Under the pieces are notes generated by a model, which saw only the letters and a program-made list of their open reading frames with translations, searched no databases and was not told the DNA's origin. DNA of 64,000 bases from Hydrogenophaga sp. (lineage in GTDB: Bacteria; Pseudomonadota; Gammaproteobacteria; Burkholderiales; Burkholderiaceae_C), in NCBI RefSeq assembly GCF_026125785.1, contig NZ_JAHCKL010000001.1, positions 2,949 through 66,948 on the forward strand, given 5' to 3'. This document shows, one piece after another, positions 45,618 through 56,689 of this stretch. The first letter of the stretch is position 1; every line of letters starts with the position of its first letter. The position numbers and the translations under genes are program-made.

Positions 45618-48509
45618 ATGAGCGATTCCCAATCGAACGGGGGCAACGTCTACGTTGCCTACAAGAACAACTCGTATCTCTTCGGCGGCAACGCGCCCTA
45701 CGTGGAAGAGATGTACGAGAACTACCTGGAAAACCCCGGCAGCGTCCCTGACAACTGGCGCGGCTACTTCGATGCGCTGCAGCATGTGCCGGCCGTCGAT
45801 GGCAGCGACGCGCGCGACGTTCCCCACCAGCCCGTCATCAACGCCTTTGCCGAGCGCGCCAAGCAGGGCGGCACGCAGGTGGTCATGGCCACGGGAGCCG
45901 ACTCTGAACTGGGTCGCAAGCGTGTTGCCGTCCAGCAACTGATCGCGGCCTATCGCAATGTGGGTGCCCGCTGGGCCGACCTGGATCCGCTCAAGCGCGC
46001 CGAGCGCGACCACATTCCCGAGCTCGAACTGTCGTTCTATGGCTTCACCGACGCCGACCTCGAGACGGTATTCAATACCAGCAACACGTTCTTCGGCAGG
46101 GAGACCATGTCCCTGCGCGATCTGCTGAACGCGCTGCGCGAGACCTACTGCGGCTCCATTGGGGCCGAGTACATGTACATCACGGACCAGTCGCAAAAGC
46201 GCTGGTGGCAGGAACGCCTGGAAGCCACGCGCACCAAGCCGGCGTTCAATGCGGAAAAGAAGAAGCACATCCTGGACCGCCTGACTGCGGCAGAAGGCCT
46301 GGAACGTTTCCTCCACACCAAGTACGTGGGGCAGAAGCGTTTCTCGCTCGAAGGTGGTGAGAGCTTCATCGCTTCGATGGACGAGCTGATCAGCCAGGCT
46401 GGCCAGATCGGCATTCAGGAGATCGTGATCGGCATGGCCCACCGCGGCCGCCTGAACGTGCTGGTGAATACCTTGGGCAAGATGCCCAAGGACCTGTTCG
46501 CCGAGTTCGATCACACGGCCCCTGAGGACCTGCCTGCGGGCGATGTGAAGTACCACCAGGGCTTCAGCTCCGACGTGACCACCCCCGGAGGTCCGGTTCA
46601 CCTGTCGCTCGCGTTCAACCCCTCGCACCTGGAGATCGTCAATCCGGTGGTGGAAGGCTCTGTGCGTGCCCGCATGGACCGCCGCGGTGATCCGCTGGGC
46701 AAGCAGGTCTTGCCGGTGCTGGTGCACGGCGATGCGGCCTTCGCAGGCCAAGGCGTGGTGATGGAGACGTTGGCGCTGGCCGAGACCCGAGGCTATTCCA
46801 CCGGCGGCACGGTGCACATCGTCATCAACAACCAGATCGGCTTCACGACCTCCGATCCGCGCGACAGCCGCTCCACGCTGTACTGCTCGGACGTGGTCAA
46901 GATGATCGAAGCGCCGGTGCTGCACGTCAACGGCGACGACCCCGAGGCGGTGGTGTTCGCCACCCAGCTCGCGCTGGAGTTCCGCACCACGTTCCAGAAG
47001 GACGTGGTCGTCGACATCGTCTGCTTCCGCAAACTGGGTCACAACGAGCAGGACACGCCCAGCCTGACCCAGCCGCTGATGTACAAGAAGATCGCGGCTC
47101 ACCCGGGCACGCGCAAGCTCTATGCCGACAAGTTGGCGGCGCAGGGTCTGGGCGAAACGCTGGGCGACGACATGGTCAAGACCTACCGCGCCGCGCTGGA
47201 CGCGGGCCGCCACACGGTGGACCCGGTGCTGACCAATTTCAAGAGCAAGTTCGCGGTCGACTGGAGCCCGTATCTGGGCAAGAAATGGTCCGACAACGCC
47301 GACTCCGCCATTCCGCTGGCCGAGTGGAAGCGCCTGGCCGACCGCCTCACGACCATACCGGACAACGTCACGCCGCACCAACTGGTCAAGAAGGTGTATG
47401 CGGACCGCGCGGCCATGGGCCGTGGCGAGATTCCGGTGGATTGGGGCATGGGCGAACACATGGCGTTCGCCTCGCTGGTGGCCAGCGGCTTCCCGGTGCG
47501 CCTCTCGGGCGAAGACTGCGGCCGCGGTACCTTCACGCACCGCCATGCGGTGATCCACGACCAGAACCGGGAGAAGTACGACGAGGGCACCTATGTGCCG
47601 CTGCAGAACGTGGCCGACAACCAGGCACCGTTCGTGGTGATCGACTCCATCCTGTCCGAAGAGGCGGTGCTGGGCTTCGAGTATGGCTACGCGTCCAACG
47701 ACCCGAACACGCTGGTGGTCTGGGAAGCCCAGTTTGGCGACTTTGCCAACGGTGCCCAGGTGGTCATCGACCAGTTCATCGCCTCTGGCGAAGTGAAGTG
47801 GGGCCGCGTCAACGGCATCACCCTGATGCTGCCACACGGCTACGAAGGCCAGGGGCCTGAGCACAGCTCGGCCCGCCTGGAGCGCTTCATGCAGCTGGCT
47901 GCCGATACCAACATGCAGATCGTGCAACCCACCACCGCGAGCCAGATCTTCCATGTACTGCGCCGCCAGATGATTCGGGGTTTGCGCAAGCCGCTGATCA
48001 TCTTCACGCCCAAGTCTCTGCTGCGCAACAAGGACGCCACTTCGCCGTTGTCGGAATTCACCAAAGGTGGTTTCCAGACCGTGATCCCGGAACACGACGC
48101 GGACGTGGTGAAGAAGGCCGAGAAGGTCAAGCGCATCATCTGCTGCTCGGGCAAGGTCTACTACGACCTGGTCAAGAAGCGTGAGGAGCGCGGTTCGGAC
48201 GATGTCGCCATTTTGCGCATCGAACAGCTGTATCCCTTCCCGCACAAGAGCTTCGGCGCCGAGATCCGCAAGTACCCGAACGCGACCGACATCGTGTGGT
48301 GCCAGGACGAGCCTCAGAACCAGGGAGCCTGGTTCTTCGTGCAGCACTACATCCACGAGAACATGCTCGATGGTCAGCGGCTGGGCTACGCAGGCCGTGC
48401 GGCGTCGGCGTCGCCGGCGGTGGGTTACGCCCACCTGCACCAGGAGCAGCAGAAGAACCTGATCGAAGCCGCTTTCGGCAAGCTCAAGGGCTTCATCCTC
48501 ACCAAGTAA
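45618..48509 (+). CDS. sucA: 2-oxoglutarate dehydrogenase E1 component
   Basis: 963 aa with NSYLFGGNAPYVEEMYENYL at the N-terminus, GMAHRGRLNVL, HGDAAFAGQGVV and PHGYEGQGPEHSSAR. Confidence 0.95.
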   Translation: MSDSQSNGGNVYVAYKNNSYLFGGNAPYVEEMYENYLENPGSVPDNWRGYFDALQHVPAVDGSDARDVPHQPVINAFAERAKQGGTQVVMATGADSELGRKRVAVQQLIAAYRNVGARWADLDPLKRAERDHIPELELSFYGFTDADLETVFNTSNTFFGRETMSLRDLLNALRETYCGSIGAEYMYITDQSQKRWWQERLEATRTKPAFNAEKKKHILDRLTAAEGLERFLHTKYVGQKRFSLEGGESFIASMDELISQAGQIGIQEIVIGMAHRGRLNVLVNTLGKMPKDLFAEFDHTAPEDLPAGDVKYHQGFSSDVTTPGGPVHLSLAFNPSHLEIVNPVVEGSVRARMDRRGDPLGKQVLPVLVHGDAAFAGQGVVMETLALAETRGYSTGGTVHIVINNQIGFTTSDPRDSRSTLYCSDVVKMIEAPVLHVNGDDPEAVVFATQLALEFRTTFQKDVVVDIVCFRKLGHNEQDTPSLTQPLMYKKIAAHPGTRKLYADKLAAQGLGETLGDDMVKTYRAALDAGRHTVDPVLTNFKSKFAVDWSPYLGKKWSDNADSAIPLAEWKRLADRLTTIPDNVTPHQLVKKVYADRAAMGRGEIPVDWGMGEHMAFASLVASGFPVRLSGEDCGRGTFTHRHAVIHDQNREKYDEGTYVPLQNVADNQAPFVVIDSILSEEAVLGFEYGYASNDPNTLVVWEAQFGDFANGAQVVIDQFIASGEVKWGRVNGITLMLPHGYEGQGPEHSSARLERFMQLAADTNMQIVQPTTASQIFHVLRRQMIRGLRKPLIIFTPKSLLRNKDATSPLSEFTKGGFQTVIPEHDADVVKKAEKVKRIICCSGKVYYDLVKKREERGSDDVAILRIEQLYPFPHKSFGAEIRKYPNATDIVWCQDEPQNQGAWFFVQHYIHENMLDGQRLGYAGRAASASPAVGYAHLHQEQQKNLIEAAFGKLKGFILTK

Positions 48510-48599
48510 TTCGTTGGGCTTCAAGTGGCGGCGCTGGGCATATGACCATGCCAGCGCGCGCTCAACGCCCAGCCTTGAACGCATAACCCAGGAAAAGAA

Positions 48600-49859
<1,260 letters not shown>

Positions 49860-49873
49860 GTCCACGCTGCACG

Positions 49874-50194
49874 ATGTCACTGGCCGACGAACTCCTCAAA
49901 CTGGAGCAGCTGCGCGAGCGTGGCAGTCTCAGTGCGGCGGAGTTCGAGCGTGCCAAGGCCCGCTTGCTCAACGAGGCCGGTGGTGAGCCCTTTCCGCCGA
50001 AGCTGGCGCAGTCGCTCAATCGCCTGCGCCGGTCTTCATCGGACAAATGGATCGCGGGCGTCTGCGGCGGTATTGCCGCAGCCACGGGCGTGGAGGCCTG
50101 GATCTGGCGCCTGCTGCTGGCGCTGCTGTTTTTTGCGGGCGGCACGGGCCTTGTGCTCTACGTCCTGCTGTGGATATTCGTGCCCGCCGAATGA
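49874..50194 (+). CDS. SHOCT-like/PspC domain membrane protein
   Basis: N-terminal LLKLEQLRERGSLSAAEFERAKARLL is a SHOCT-type motif. The rest (RSSSDKWIAGVCGGIAAATGVEAWIWRLLLALLFFAGGTGLVLYVLLWIFVP) is a PspC domain. The flanking gaps are 14 and 30 nt. Confidence 0.8.
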   Translation: MSLADELLKLEQLRERGSLSAAEFERAKARLLNEAGGEPFPPKLAQSLNRLRRSSSDKWIAGVCGGIAAATGVEAWIWRLLLALLFFAGGTGLVLYVLLWIFVPAE

Positions 50195-50224
50195 GGCGGG
50201 CCACAACACGAGAGTTTCAACATC

Positions 50225-51652
50225 ATGTCTCAAGCATTTGACGTCGTCGTGATCGGTGGCGGTCCCGGTGGCTACATTGCCGCCATTCGCGCAGCCCAAC
50301 TCGGCTTCAAGGTGGCCTGTGTCGACGAGTGGAAGAATGCGGCTGGCGGCCCGGCGCCCGGTGGTACCTGCACGAACGTGGGCTGCATCCCGAGCAAGGC
50401 GCTGCTGCAGTCGTCCGAACACTTCGAGCACGCCAACCTGCACTTCGCCGACCATGGCATCAGCGCGACCAACGTGAAGATCGACGTTGCGAAGATGGTC
50501 GGCCGCAAGGACGCGGTGGTGAAGCAGAACAACGACGGCATTCTCTACCTGTTCAAGAAGAACAAGGTGAGTTTCTTCCACGGCCGCGGCTCCTTCGTGA
50601 AGGCGGTCGAGGCCGGGTACGAGATCCAGGTCAAGGGCGCTCAGGAAGAACTGCTGGTGGGTCGCCAGATCATCGTGGCCACCGGCTCCAATGCGCGCGC
50701 GCTGCCCGGTGTGCCGTTCGACGAGGAACTGGTGCTCTCCAACGACGGTGCTCTGCGCATCGGCGCCGTGCCCAAGAAACTGGTTCTCATCGGCTCCGGT
50801 GTGATTGGCCTGGAGATGGGGTCGGTCTGGCGCCGCCTGGGCGCGGAAGTGACCATCCTCGAGGGGCTGCCCACCTTCCTGGGTGCGGTGGACCAGCAGA
50901 TTGCCAAGGAAGCCAAGAAGGCCTTCGACAAGCAAGGCCTCAAGATCGAACTCGGTGTGAAGGTGGGCGAAGTCAAGACCGCCAAGAAGGGCGTGAGCGT
51001 GGCTTACACCAACGCCAAGGGCGAAGCCCAGACCCTGGAGGCCGACAAGCTGATCGTCTCCATTGGCCGTGTGCCCAACACCACGGGCCTTAACGCCGAA
51101 GCGGTGGGACTGGCGCTCGACGAGCGCGGCGCGATCGTCGTCGACGACGAATGCCGCACCAGCCTCAAGGGCGTGTGGGCCGTGGGTGATGTGGTGCGGG
51201 GCCCCATGCTGGCCCACAAGGCAGAGGAAGAGGGCGTGGCGGTGGCCGAGCGCATCGCGGGCCAGCATGGCCATGTCAACTTCAACACCATTCCCTGGGT
51301 CATCTACACCAGCCCTGAAATTGCCTGGGTGGGCCGCACGGAGCAGCAGCTCAAGGAAGCCGGCGTGGCCTACAAGGCGGGCACCTTCCCGTTCCTGGCC
51401 AACGGGCGCGCGCGCGCGCTCGGCGACACCACAGGCATGGTGAAGTTCCTGGCCGATGCCACCACCGACGAGATCCTTGGGGTGCACATCGTGGGTCCGA
51501 TGGCATCGGAGCTGATCGCGGAGGCCGTGGTGGCCATGGAGTTCAAGGCCAGCGCCGAGGACATTGCCCGCATCTGCCATGCGCACCCATCTTTGTCGGA
51601 AGCGACCAAGGAAGCGGCGCTCGCGGTGGACAAGCGCACGTTGAACTTCTGA
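50225..51652 (+). CDS. lpdA: dihydrolipoyl dehydrogenase (E3 of OGDH)
   Basis: [17 protein letters not shown] and HAHPSLSE. 475 aa with no lipoyl domain. Confidence 0.95.
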   Translation: MSQAFDVVVIGGGPGGYIAAIRAAQLGFKVACVDEWKNAAGGPAPGGTCTNVGCIPSKALLQSSEHFEHANLHFADHGISATNVKIDVAKMVGRKDAVVKQNNDGILYLFKKNKVSFFHGRGSFVKAVEAGYEIQVKGAQEELLVGRQIIVATGSNARALPGVPFDEELVLSNDGALRIGAVPKKLVLIGSGVIGLEMGSVWRRLGAEVTILEGLPTFLGAVDQQIAKEAKKAFDKQGLKIELGVKVGEVKTAKKGVSVAYTNAKGEAQTLEADKLIVSIGRVPNTTGLNAEAVGLALDERGAIVVDDECRTSLKGVWAVGDVVRGPMLAHKAEEEGVAVAERIAGQHGHVNFNTIPWVIYTSPEIAWVGRTEQQLKEAGVAYKAGTFPFLANGRARALGDTTGMVKFLADATTDEILGVHIVGPMASELIAEAVVAMEFKASAEDIARICHAHPSLSEATKEAALAVDKRTLNF

Positions 51653-51662
51653 TCTGCGCATC

Positions 51663-52760
51663 TTGAGCGTCCGCAGCGCCTACGAGGCCGCGCTCAAGGA
51701 GCGCGGCTACACGTCCGACCCCGCCCAGGAGCGCGCGGTCGCGGCGCTGGAGCGCTGCGCCGCCGATTGGACGGTTTACAAGCAGCGCCGTTCCAACTCA
51801 TTCAAGAAGCTCTTCGTCAACCCTGAGATCCCTCGCGGGGTCTACATGTACGGCGGGGTTGGGCGCGGAAAGAGCTTCCTGATGGACTGCTTCTTCAATG
51901 CCGTTCCTTTGCGGCGCAAGACCCGCCTGCATTTTCACGAGTTCATGCGGGAGGTGCACCGCGAACTGAGAGAGCTGCAGGGCACCGTCAACCCGTTGGA
52001 TGAGCTCGGTGCCCGCATCGCCAAGCGTTACAAGCTGATCTGCTTCGACGAGTTTCACGTGGCGGATGTGACGGACGCGATGATCCTGCACCGCCTGCTG
52101 GACGCACTGTTCAAGGCGGGTGTGGGTTTCGTGACCACCTCCAACTTCCATCCCGATGGCTTGTACCCGGATGGCCTGCACCGCGACCGCATCCTGCCGG
52201 CGATCGCCTTGCTCAAGGAGCGCCTGGAGGTGATCAATGTCGACAACGGCACCGACTACCGCCAGCGCACGCTGACCCACATCGAGCTCTATCACTGCCC
52301 ATTGGGACCCGAGGCGGACGCCGCCATGGCGAAGACCTTCGACCAGCTCGCGGAAATCGGTGACGAGGATCCGGTGATGCACATCGAGGCGCGGCAGATA
52401 CGGGCCTTGCGCCGGGCCGGCGGCGTGATCTGGTTCGATTTCGCCACCCTTTGTGGCGGGCCACGCTCCCAGAACGACTACCTGGAGATTGCCTCCCAGT
52501 TCCACACTGTGCTGCTCTCCAACGTCCCGCAGATGTCGGTGCGCCAGGCTTCGGAGGCTCGGCGATTCACCTGGCTGGTGGACGTGCTGTACGACCGGCG
52601 CGTCAAGCTGGTGATGTCCGCCGCCGTGCCACCTGAGCAGTTGTATCTGGAAGGCCCGATGTCACACGAGTTTCCGCGCACGGTCTCGCGCCTGACGGAA
52701 ATGCAGTCGGCCGAATTCCTGGCGCTGGAACACCGGCTGGTGGATACCGGACTGACCTGA
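51663..52760 (+). CDS. zapE: cell division protein ZapE (AFG1-like ATPase)
   Basis: TTG start at 51663. Walker A GGVGRGKSFLMD, Walker B LICFDEFHV and typical length of 365 aa. Confidence 0.85.
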   Translation: MSVRSAYEAALKERGYTSDPAQERAVAALERCAADWTVYKQRRSNSFKKLFVNPEIPRGVYMYGGVGRGKSFLMDCFFNAVPLRRKTRLHFHEFMREVHRELRELQGTVNPLDELGARIAKRYKLICFDEFHVADVTDAMILHRLLDALFKAGVGFVTTSNFHPDGLYPDGLHRDRILPAIALLKERLEVINVDNGTDYRQRTLTHIELYHCPLGPEADAAMAKTFDQLAEIGDEDPVMHIEARQIRALRRAGGVIWFDFATLCGGPRSQNDYLEIASQFHTVLLSNVPQMSVRQASEARRFTWLVDVLYDRRVKLVMSAAVPPEQLYLEGPMSHEFPRTVSRLTEMQSAEFLALEHRLVDTGLT

Positions 52761-52765
52761 ACGCC

Positions 52766-52795
52766 ACCCGCGCAGCGGCGGAGCGTGGGGGCCAC
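52766..52795. repeat. 30-bp direct repeat, copy 1
   Basis: ACCCGCGCAGCGGCGGAGCGTGGGGGCCAC is identical to 52851-52880. It starts 5 nt after the zapE stop. Confidence 0.9.
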
Positions 52796-52850
52796 GGACC
52801 CCGCCGCCGGGCCGCTCCCAAGGCGGGGTCAGCCCCCTTGGGGGGCAGCG

Positions 52851-52880
52851 ACCCGCGCAGCGGCGGAGCGTGGGGGCCAC
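52851..52880. repeat. 30-bp direct repeat, copy 2
   Basis: Identical to 52766-52795. It abuts the stop codon of the PP2C gene (52881-52883). Confidence 0.9.
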
Positions 52881-53639
52881 CTACCCCAACGGCTCCAGCT
52901 TCACGATGGCCAGCGACAGGTTGTCGCCCATGCCCTTGGCGCGTGTACGGGCCTTCTGGATGAGGAACTCACAGGCTTCGCGCGGGGAGAGCATGGCGAT
53001 CGTGCTGGAGAGTTCTTCCGGGGTGAAGTAGTGCCAGATGCCGTCGCTGCAGGACATCAGGGCATCGCCAGGGTGAAGCTGGGGCACGACATGGATGTCC
53101 ACGGGAGGATCGTTTTCCGTGCCCAGGCAACCCATCAGGATGTTGGCGTGTGGATGGTCCAGCGCCTCTTCTTCACTGATCTCGCCCTGGTTCACCAAGG
53201 TCTGCACATACGAATGGTCCATGGTGCGGAACACCAGCTTGCCATTGCGGAAGTGGTAGATGCGCGAGTCCCCGGCGTGCACCCAATGGCTGTCGCCGCC
53301 CGGATTGATCACGAAGGCTGCAATGGTGCTGTGGGGCTCCTGTTCGGCCGACACAGCGGTGAGCTTGATCACGAGGTGAGACTCCTCGACGATCTGGCGC
53401 AGAAGTGCGCCCGCGTCGTCGGTATCAGGGTCGTAGCGCTCGAAAAGCTGGCGGGCCGTGAGCATGACCTGGTCCGAGGCCTTGCGACCGCCACTGCGAC
53501 CGCCCATACCGTCGGCCAGCACCGCCAGCATGCAACCGCTGTGGCGCGGATGGCTGAGCAACGCGACCTGGTCTTGCTGGTAGTCGCGGTCGCCCCGGTG
53601 GATGCCGGTGGAGGCCTGAATGCGGTAGCCTTTGCTCAT
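52881..53639 (-). CDS. PP2C family serine/threonine protein phosphatase
   Basis: RDYQQDQ, LAVLADGMGG, WVHAGDSRIY and DALMSCSDG motifs of PPM/PP2C phosphatases. Confidence 0.85.
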   Translation of the reverse strand: MSKGYRIQASTGIHRGDRDYQQDQVALLSHPRHSGCMLAVLADGMGGRSGGRKASDQVMLTARQLFERYDPDTDDAGALLRQIVEESHLVIKLTAVSAEQEPHSTIAAFVINPGGDSHWVHAGDSRIYHFRNGKLVFRTMDHSYVQTLVNQGEISEEEALDHPHANILMGCLGTENDPPVDIHVVPQLHPGDALMSCSDGIWHYFTPEELSSTIAMLSPREACEFLIQKARTRAKGMGDNLSLAIVKLEPLG

Positions 53640-53782
53640 GTGCGTTGGCGGGCTCGAAGGGTGGGGGAAAAGGTCGTCGCCATGTTATCCATTTATGCCC
53701 GGCGCAGGGCCCGGCATATGATCAAACGCCCTTCCAGTCCGCGCGACGGCGCTTCGCCCGTGACATTTGCCCACCATGCTGG

Positions 53783-55843
53783 GTGCCTGGAGGGCAAGGA
53801 GCACGCAAGCTGAGCACGCTGGAGTCCCAAGTCGAGGCGGTTTTTGCCGCACAGGGCCCCCTGTCCCGGGGGCTTGCCGGCCTGCGCGAACGCCCGGGAC
53901 AGATGGCCATGGCACGTGCGGTGGCGCAGGCCATCGAATCGGGTGGGCATCTGGTCGTGGAAGCGGGAACCGGGGTGGGCAAGACCTTCGCCTATCTGGT
54001 ACCGATCCTGCTCAGTGGGCGAAGAGCCTTGTTGTCCACCGCGACGCAGGCCTTGCAGGACCAGTTGTTTGCGCGCGATGTCCGCGCCGTCGTCCAGGCG
54101 CTGAACCTGCCTGTGCGTGTGGCGCTGCTCAAAGGTCGCGGCAGCTACCTCTGCCTCCACCGCCTGGAGCGGTCGCTGACCGGGGCTCCGTCGCGGGGCT
54201 TGCGCGACCCGGCCGTGTCGGCAGGCCTCCTGCAGGTGACGCACTGGGCGCGTACCACGCGCACCGGAGACCTGGCCGAACTCGCGGGCCTGGACGAACG
54301 CTCGCCTTTGCGGCCACTGATCTCCTCGACGCGTGACAACTGTCTGGGTGCCGCATGCCCGCGCCATGGCGAATGCCATGTCAACCAGGCAAGGCGCGAG
54401 GCACTGGCGGCGGACTGGGTGGTGGTCAACCACCATCTTTTTTTTGCCGACCAGCTCGTGCGCGAGTCGGGCGTGGCCGCATTGCTGCCTTCGGCCGAGG
54501 TGGTGGTGTTCGACGAGGCCCATCAGCTCAACGACATTGGCATCGGTTTCCTGGGGCAGCAATTGAGTTCGGGCGCCCTGCGCGAGCTCGCCCGCGACGT
54601 GGCCACGCAGGGTGGGCAATGGGCGCGCGGCATGCGCCCCTGGAACCACCTTGCGCTGGCGTTGGAGCAGGCCAGCCGTGCGTTGGCGACGGTGCCCAGG
54701 CCACCCGGCCAGCGCAGCCGGTGGTCCGAGGCCACGCCCGAGCGCCTGGACGCGGCGCGCTGGCAGATGGCCACGCGCGAACTCGAGCGTGCCCTGACCG
54801 GTGTGCAGGAAGCCCTGCGCGCCACCGCGCAGGCCAGCGCGGACATGGAGCGCCTGGACGCGCGCGCCCAGGTCTTGATGGAGACATGGCGTGGCCTGGT
54901 GGCACCCGAGGGGGGCGAGTCGGGGGGCGTTCGCTGGGTGGAGTGGTCGCCTGCTGGCCACGGCTGGCGGCTGCTGCGCTCTCCTGCGGACAGTTCCGCG
55001 CTTTTCCGGACCCTGCTGGCGCCCGGCGCCGAACGCCCGCGCAGTTGGGTATTCTCCTCGGCAACGCTGGGGCAGGATGAGGCGCTGAGCTGGTTCACTC
55101 GCGGCCTTGGCCTGGATGCGGTGCCGTCGCTGCGCACGCTGCAAGTGCCCAGCCCGTTCGACCATGCCAACCAGTCCGCGCTGCACGTACCGGACACGCT
55201 GCCCGACCCGGCCGACGAGGCGCACACGCCCGCATTGGCCGAGGCGGTGGCGCGCTGGGCTTCGCGCCTTGGTGGACGCACGCTGGTGCTGACCACCACC
55301 TTGCGCGCGGCGGACCGCTTCGCCAGCCACCTGATGTCACTTGTCGGTGATGGCCGTTGCGGCCCGCTGCAAGTGCTGGCCCAGGGCCGCGGCTCCAGGC
55401 GCGCACTGCTGGAGCGCTTTCGGGAGGGCGGGTCGCCCTGCGTTCTGGTGGCTTCATCGTCGTTCTGGGAGGGCGTGGACCTGCCAGGCGACACACTGCA
55501 ATTGCTGGTGATCGACAAGCTGCCTTTTCCACCACCAGACGACCCGCTGATGGAGGCCCGGTCGCGCCAGTTGGAGGCCCGGGGGTTGAACGCGTTCAAC
55601 GATGGTTTTTTGCCCGAGGCGGCCATGGCGCTCAAGCAGGGGGCGGGTCGCCTGATCCGTTCGGAGACGGACCGGGGCGTACTGGTGATCGGCGACAGGC
55701 GGCTGCTGAGCCGCTCCTATGGGGTGCGCCTGCTGTCGGCGCTGCCGCCGATGCGGCGGCTTCTGGATGAAGCTGAAATGACCGGGATGCTGGACGCGCT
55801 GGCGGCTACCAGACTTTCCACCACGGCGAACCGCCCGACTTGA
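53783..55843 (+). CDS. dinG: ATP-dependent DNA helicase, DinG/XPD (Rad3) family
   Basis: Walker A EAGTGVGKTFAYLVP, an Fe-S Cys cluster (CLHRL ... CLGAACPRHGEC), DEAH box VVFDEAHQL and a C-terminal QGAGRLIRSETDRGV. The start is uncertain: GTG 53783, or CTG 53810 after AAGGAG. The ATG at 53645 would leave only 5 nt to the divergent gene. Confidence 0.75.
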   Translation: MPGGQGARKLSTLESQVEAVFAAQGPLSRGLAGLRERPGQMAMARAVAQAIESGGHLVVEAGTGVGKTFAYLVPILLSGRRALLSTATQALQDQLFARDVRAVVQALNLPVRVALLKGRGSYLCLHRLERSLTGAPSRGLRDPAVSAGLLQVTHWARTTRTGDLAELAGLDERSPLRPLISSTRDNCLGAACPRHGECHVNQARREALAADWVVVNHHLFFADQLVRESGVAALLPSAEVVVFDEAHQLNDIGIGFLGQQLSSGALRELARDVATQGGQWARGMRPWNHLALALEQASRALATVPRPPGQRSRWSEATPERLDAARWQMATRELERALTGVQEALRATAQASADMERLDARAQVLMETWRGLVAPEGGESGGVRWVEWSPAGHGWRLLRSPADSSALFRTLLAPGAERPRSWVFSSATLGQDEALSWFTRGLGLDAVPSLRTLQVPSPFDHANQSALHVPDTLPDPADEAHTPALAEAVARWASRLGGRTLVLTTTLRAADRFASHLMSLVGDGRCGPLQVLAQGRGSRRALLERFREGGSPCVLVASSSFWEGVDLPGDTLQLLVIDKLPFPPPDDPLMEARSRQLEARGLNAFNDGFLPEAAMALKQGAGRLIRSETDRGVLVIGDRRLLSRSYGVRLLSALPPMRRLLDEAEMTGMLDALAATRLSTTANRPT

Positions 55844-56609
55844 AGCCCTTGCTCAGATACTCGCTTTGCGGGTAGCTGGCCTGCATCACCCGACGCGCAT
55901 CGTCGCGCAACTGCGTCATGCCCAGGGCATCGTAGGACTGGATCATGATGAAAAGCGCTTCTTCCAGGGCCGGCGCGTCGGTGTAGTCGGTCAGTGCCGA
56001 TTGCGCCCGGTTGATGGCGGCCACATAGGCGCCACGGCTGTGGTAGTAGCGGGCCACATGCACCTCGTACTGGGCCAGCGAGTTCACGATGTAGGTCATG
56101 CGCAGCCGTGCGTCGGGGCTGTAGCGGGAGTCCGGAAAACGGGTGACGAGCTCGCGGAACGATTCGAACGACTCCTTGGCGGCCTTCTGGTCGCGCTCGG
56201 AAAGGTCCTGGCGCGCCAGCGAACCAAAGAGGCCGAGGTTGTCGTTGAAGCTCACCAGTCCCTTGAGGTAGAGCGCGTAGTCCATCGCCGGGCTGGTGGG
56301 ATGCAGCTTCTGGAAGCGATCCAGCGTTGCCAGCGCCTGAGCCTGTTCGCCAGCCTTGTAGTGGGTGTAGGCCTTGTCGATCTGGGCCTGCTGCGCCAGA
56401 GGCGTGCCGGCAGCGCGCCCCTCGAGCTTTTCCAGCAGCGTGACGGCTTTGTCGTAGTTGCCGGCGGCACGCTCGTCGCTGGCCTCGCTGTAGATGCGGT
56501 TGGGGCTCCAACCGGCGGTTTCGTCCACAGGTTTGGTGCTGCAGGCGCTCAATACCGCGGCGATCGCCAGCACGCAGGGGGAGGCAACCGATAATCTGAA
56601 TCCACGCAT
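55806..56609 (-). CDS. bamD: outer membrane protein assembly factor BamD
   Basis: Lipobox AAVLSAC, TPR-like repeats (NYDKAVTLLEKLE, QAQIDKAYTHYK) and a C-terminal PWWKVW. Confidence 0.9.
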   Translation of the reverse strand: MRGFRLSVASPCVLAIAAVLSACSTKPVDETAGWSPNRIYSEASDERAAGNYDKAVTLLEKLEGRAAGTPLAQQAQIDKAYTHYKAGEQAQALATLDRFQKLHPTSPAMDYALYLKGLVSFNDNLGLFGSLARQDLSERDQKAAKESFESFRELVTRFPDSRYSPDARLRMTYIVNSLAQYEVHVARYYHSRGAYVAAINRAQSALTDYTDAPALEEALFIMIQSYDALGMTQLRDDARRVMQASYPQSEYLSKGFKSGGSPWWKVW

Positions 56610-56689
56610 CGACGATGCACCTTTACAACAACGGGATTTGGGGCTTGGCAGCGGAAATTATATCGACGGGGGATGGGCCGGAAGGTTCC

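Noticed and set aside
52766-52880. Possible CRISPR-like repeat-spacer structure
   Set aside because: There are only two repeat copies with one 55-nt spacer, no cas genes in the window, and no array periodicity.
53645-53782. ATG at 53645 as the helicase start
   Set aside because: It would leave only 5 nt to the divergent PP2C start, and it adds ~45 poorly protein-like residues (Gly/Lys/Arg/Cys/Pro-rich) before the conserved N-terminus. A downstream GTG or CTG start is more plausible, though unproven.
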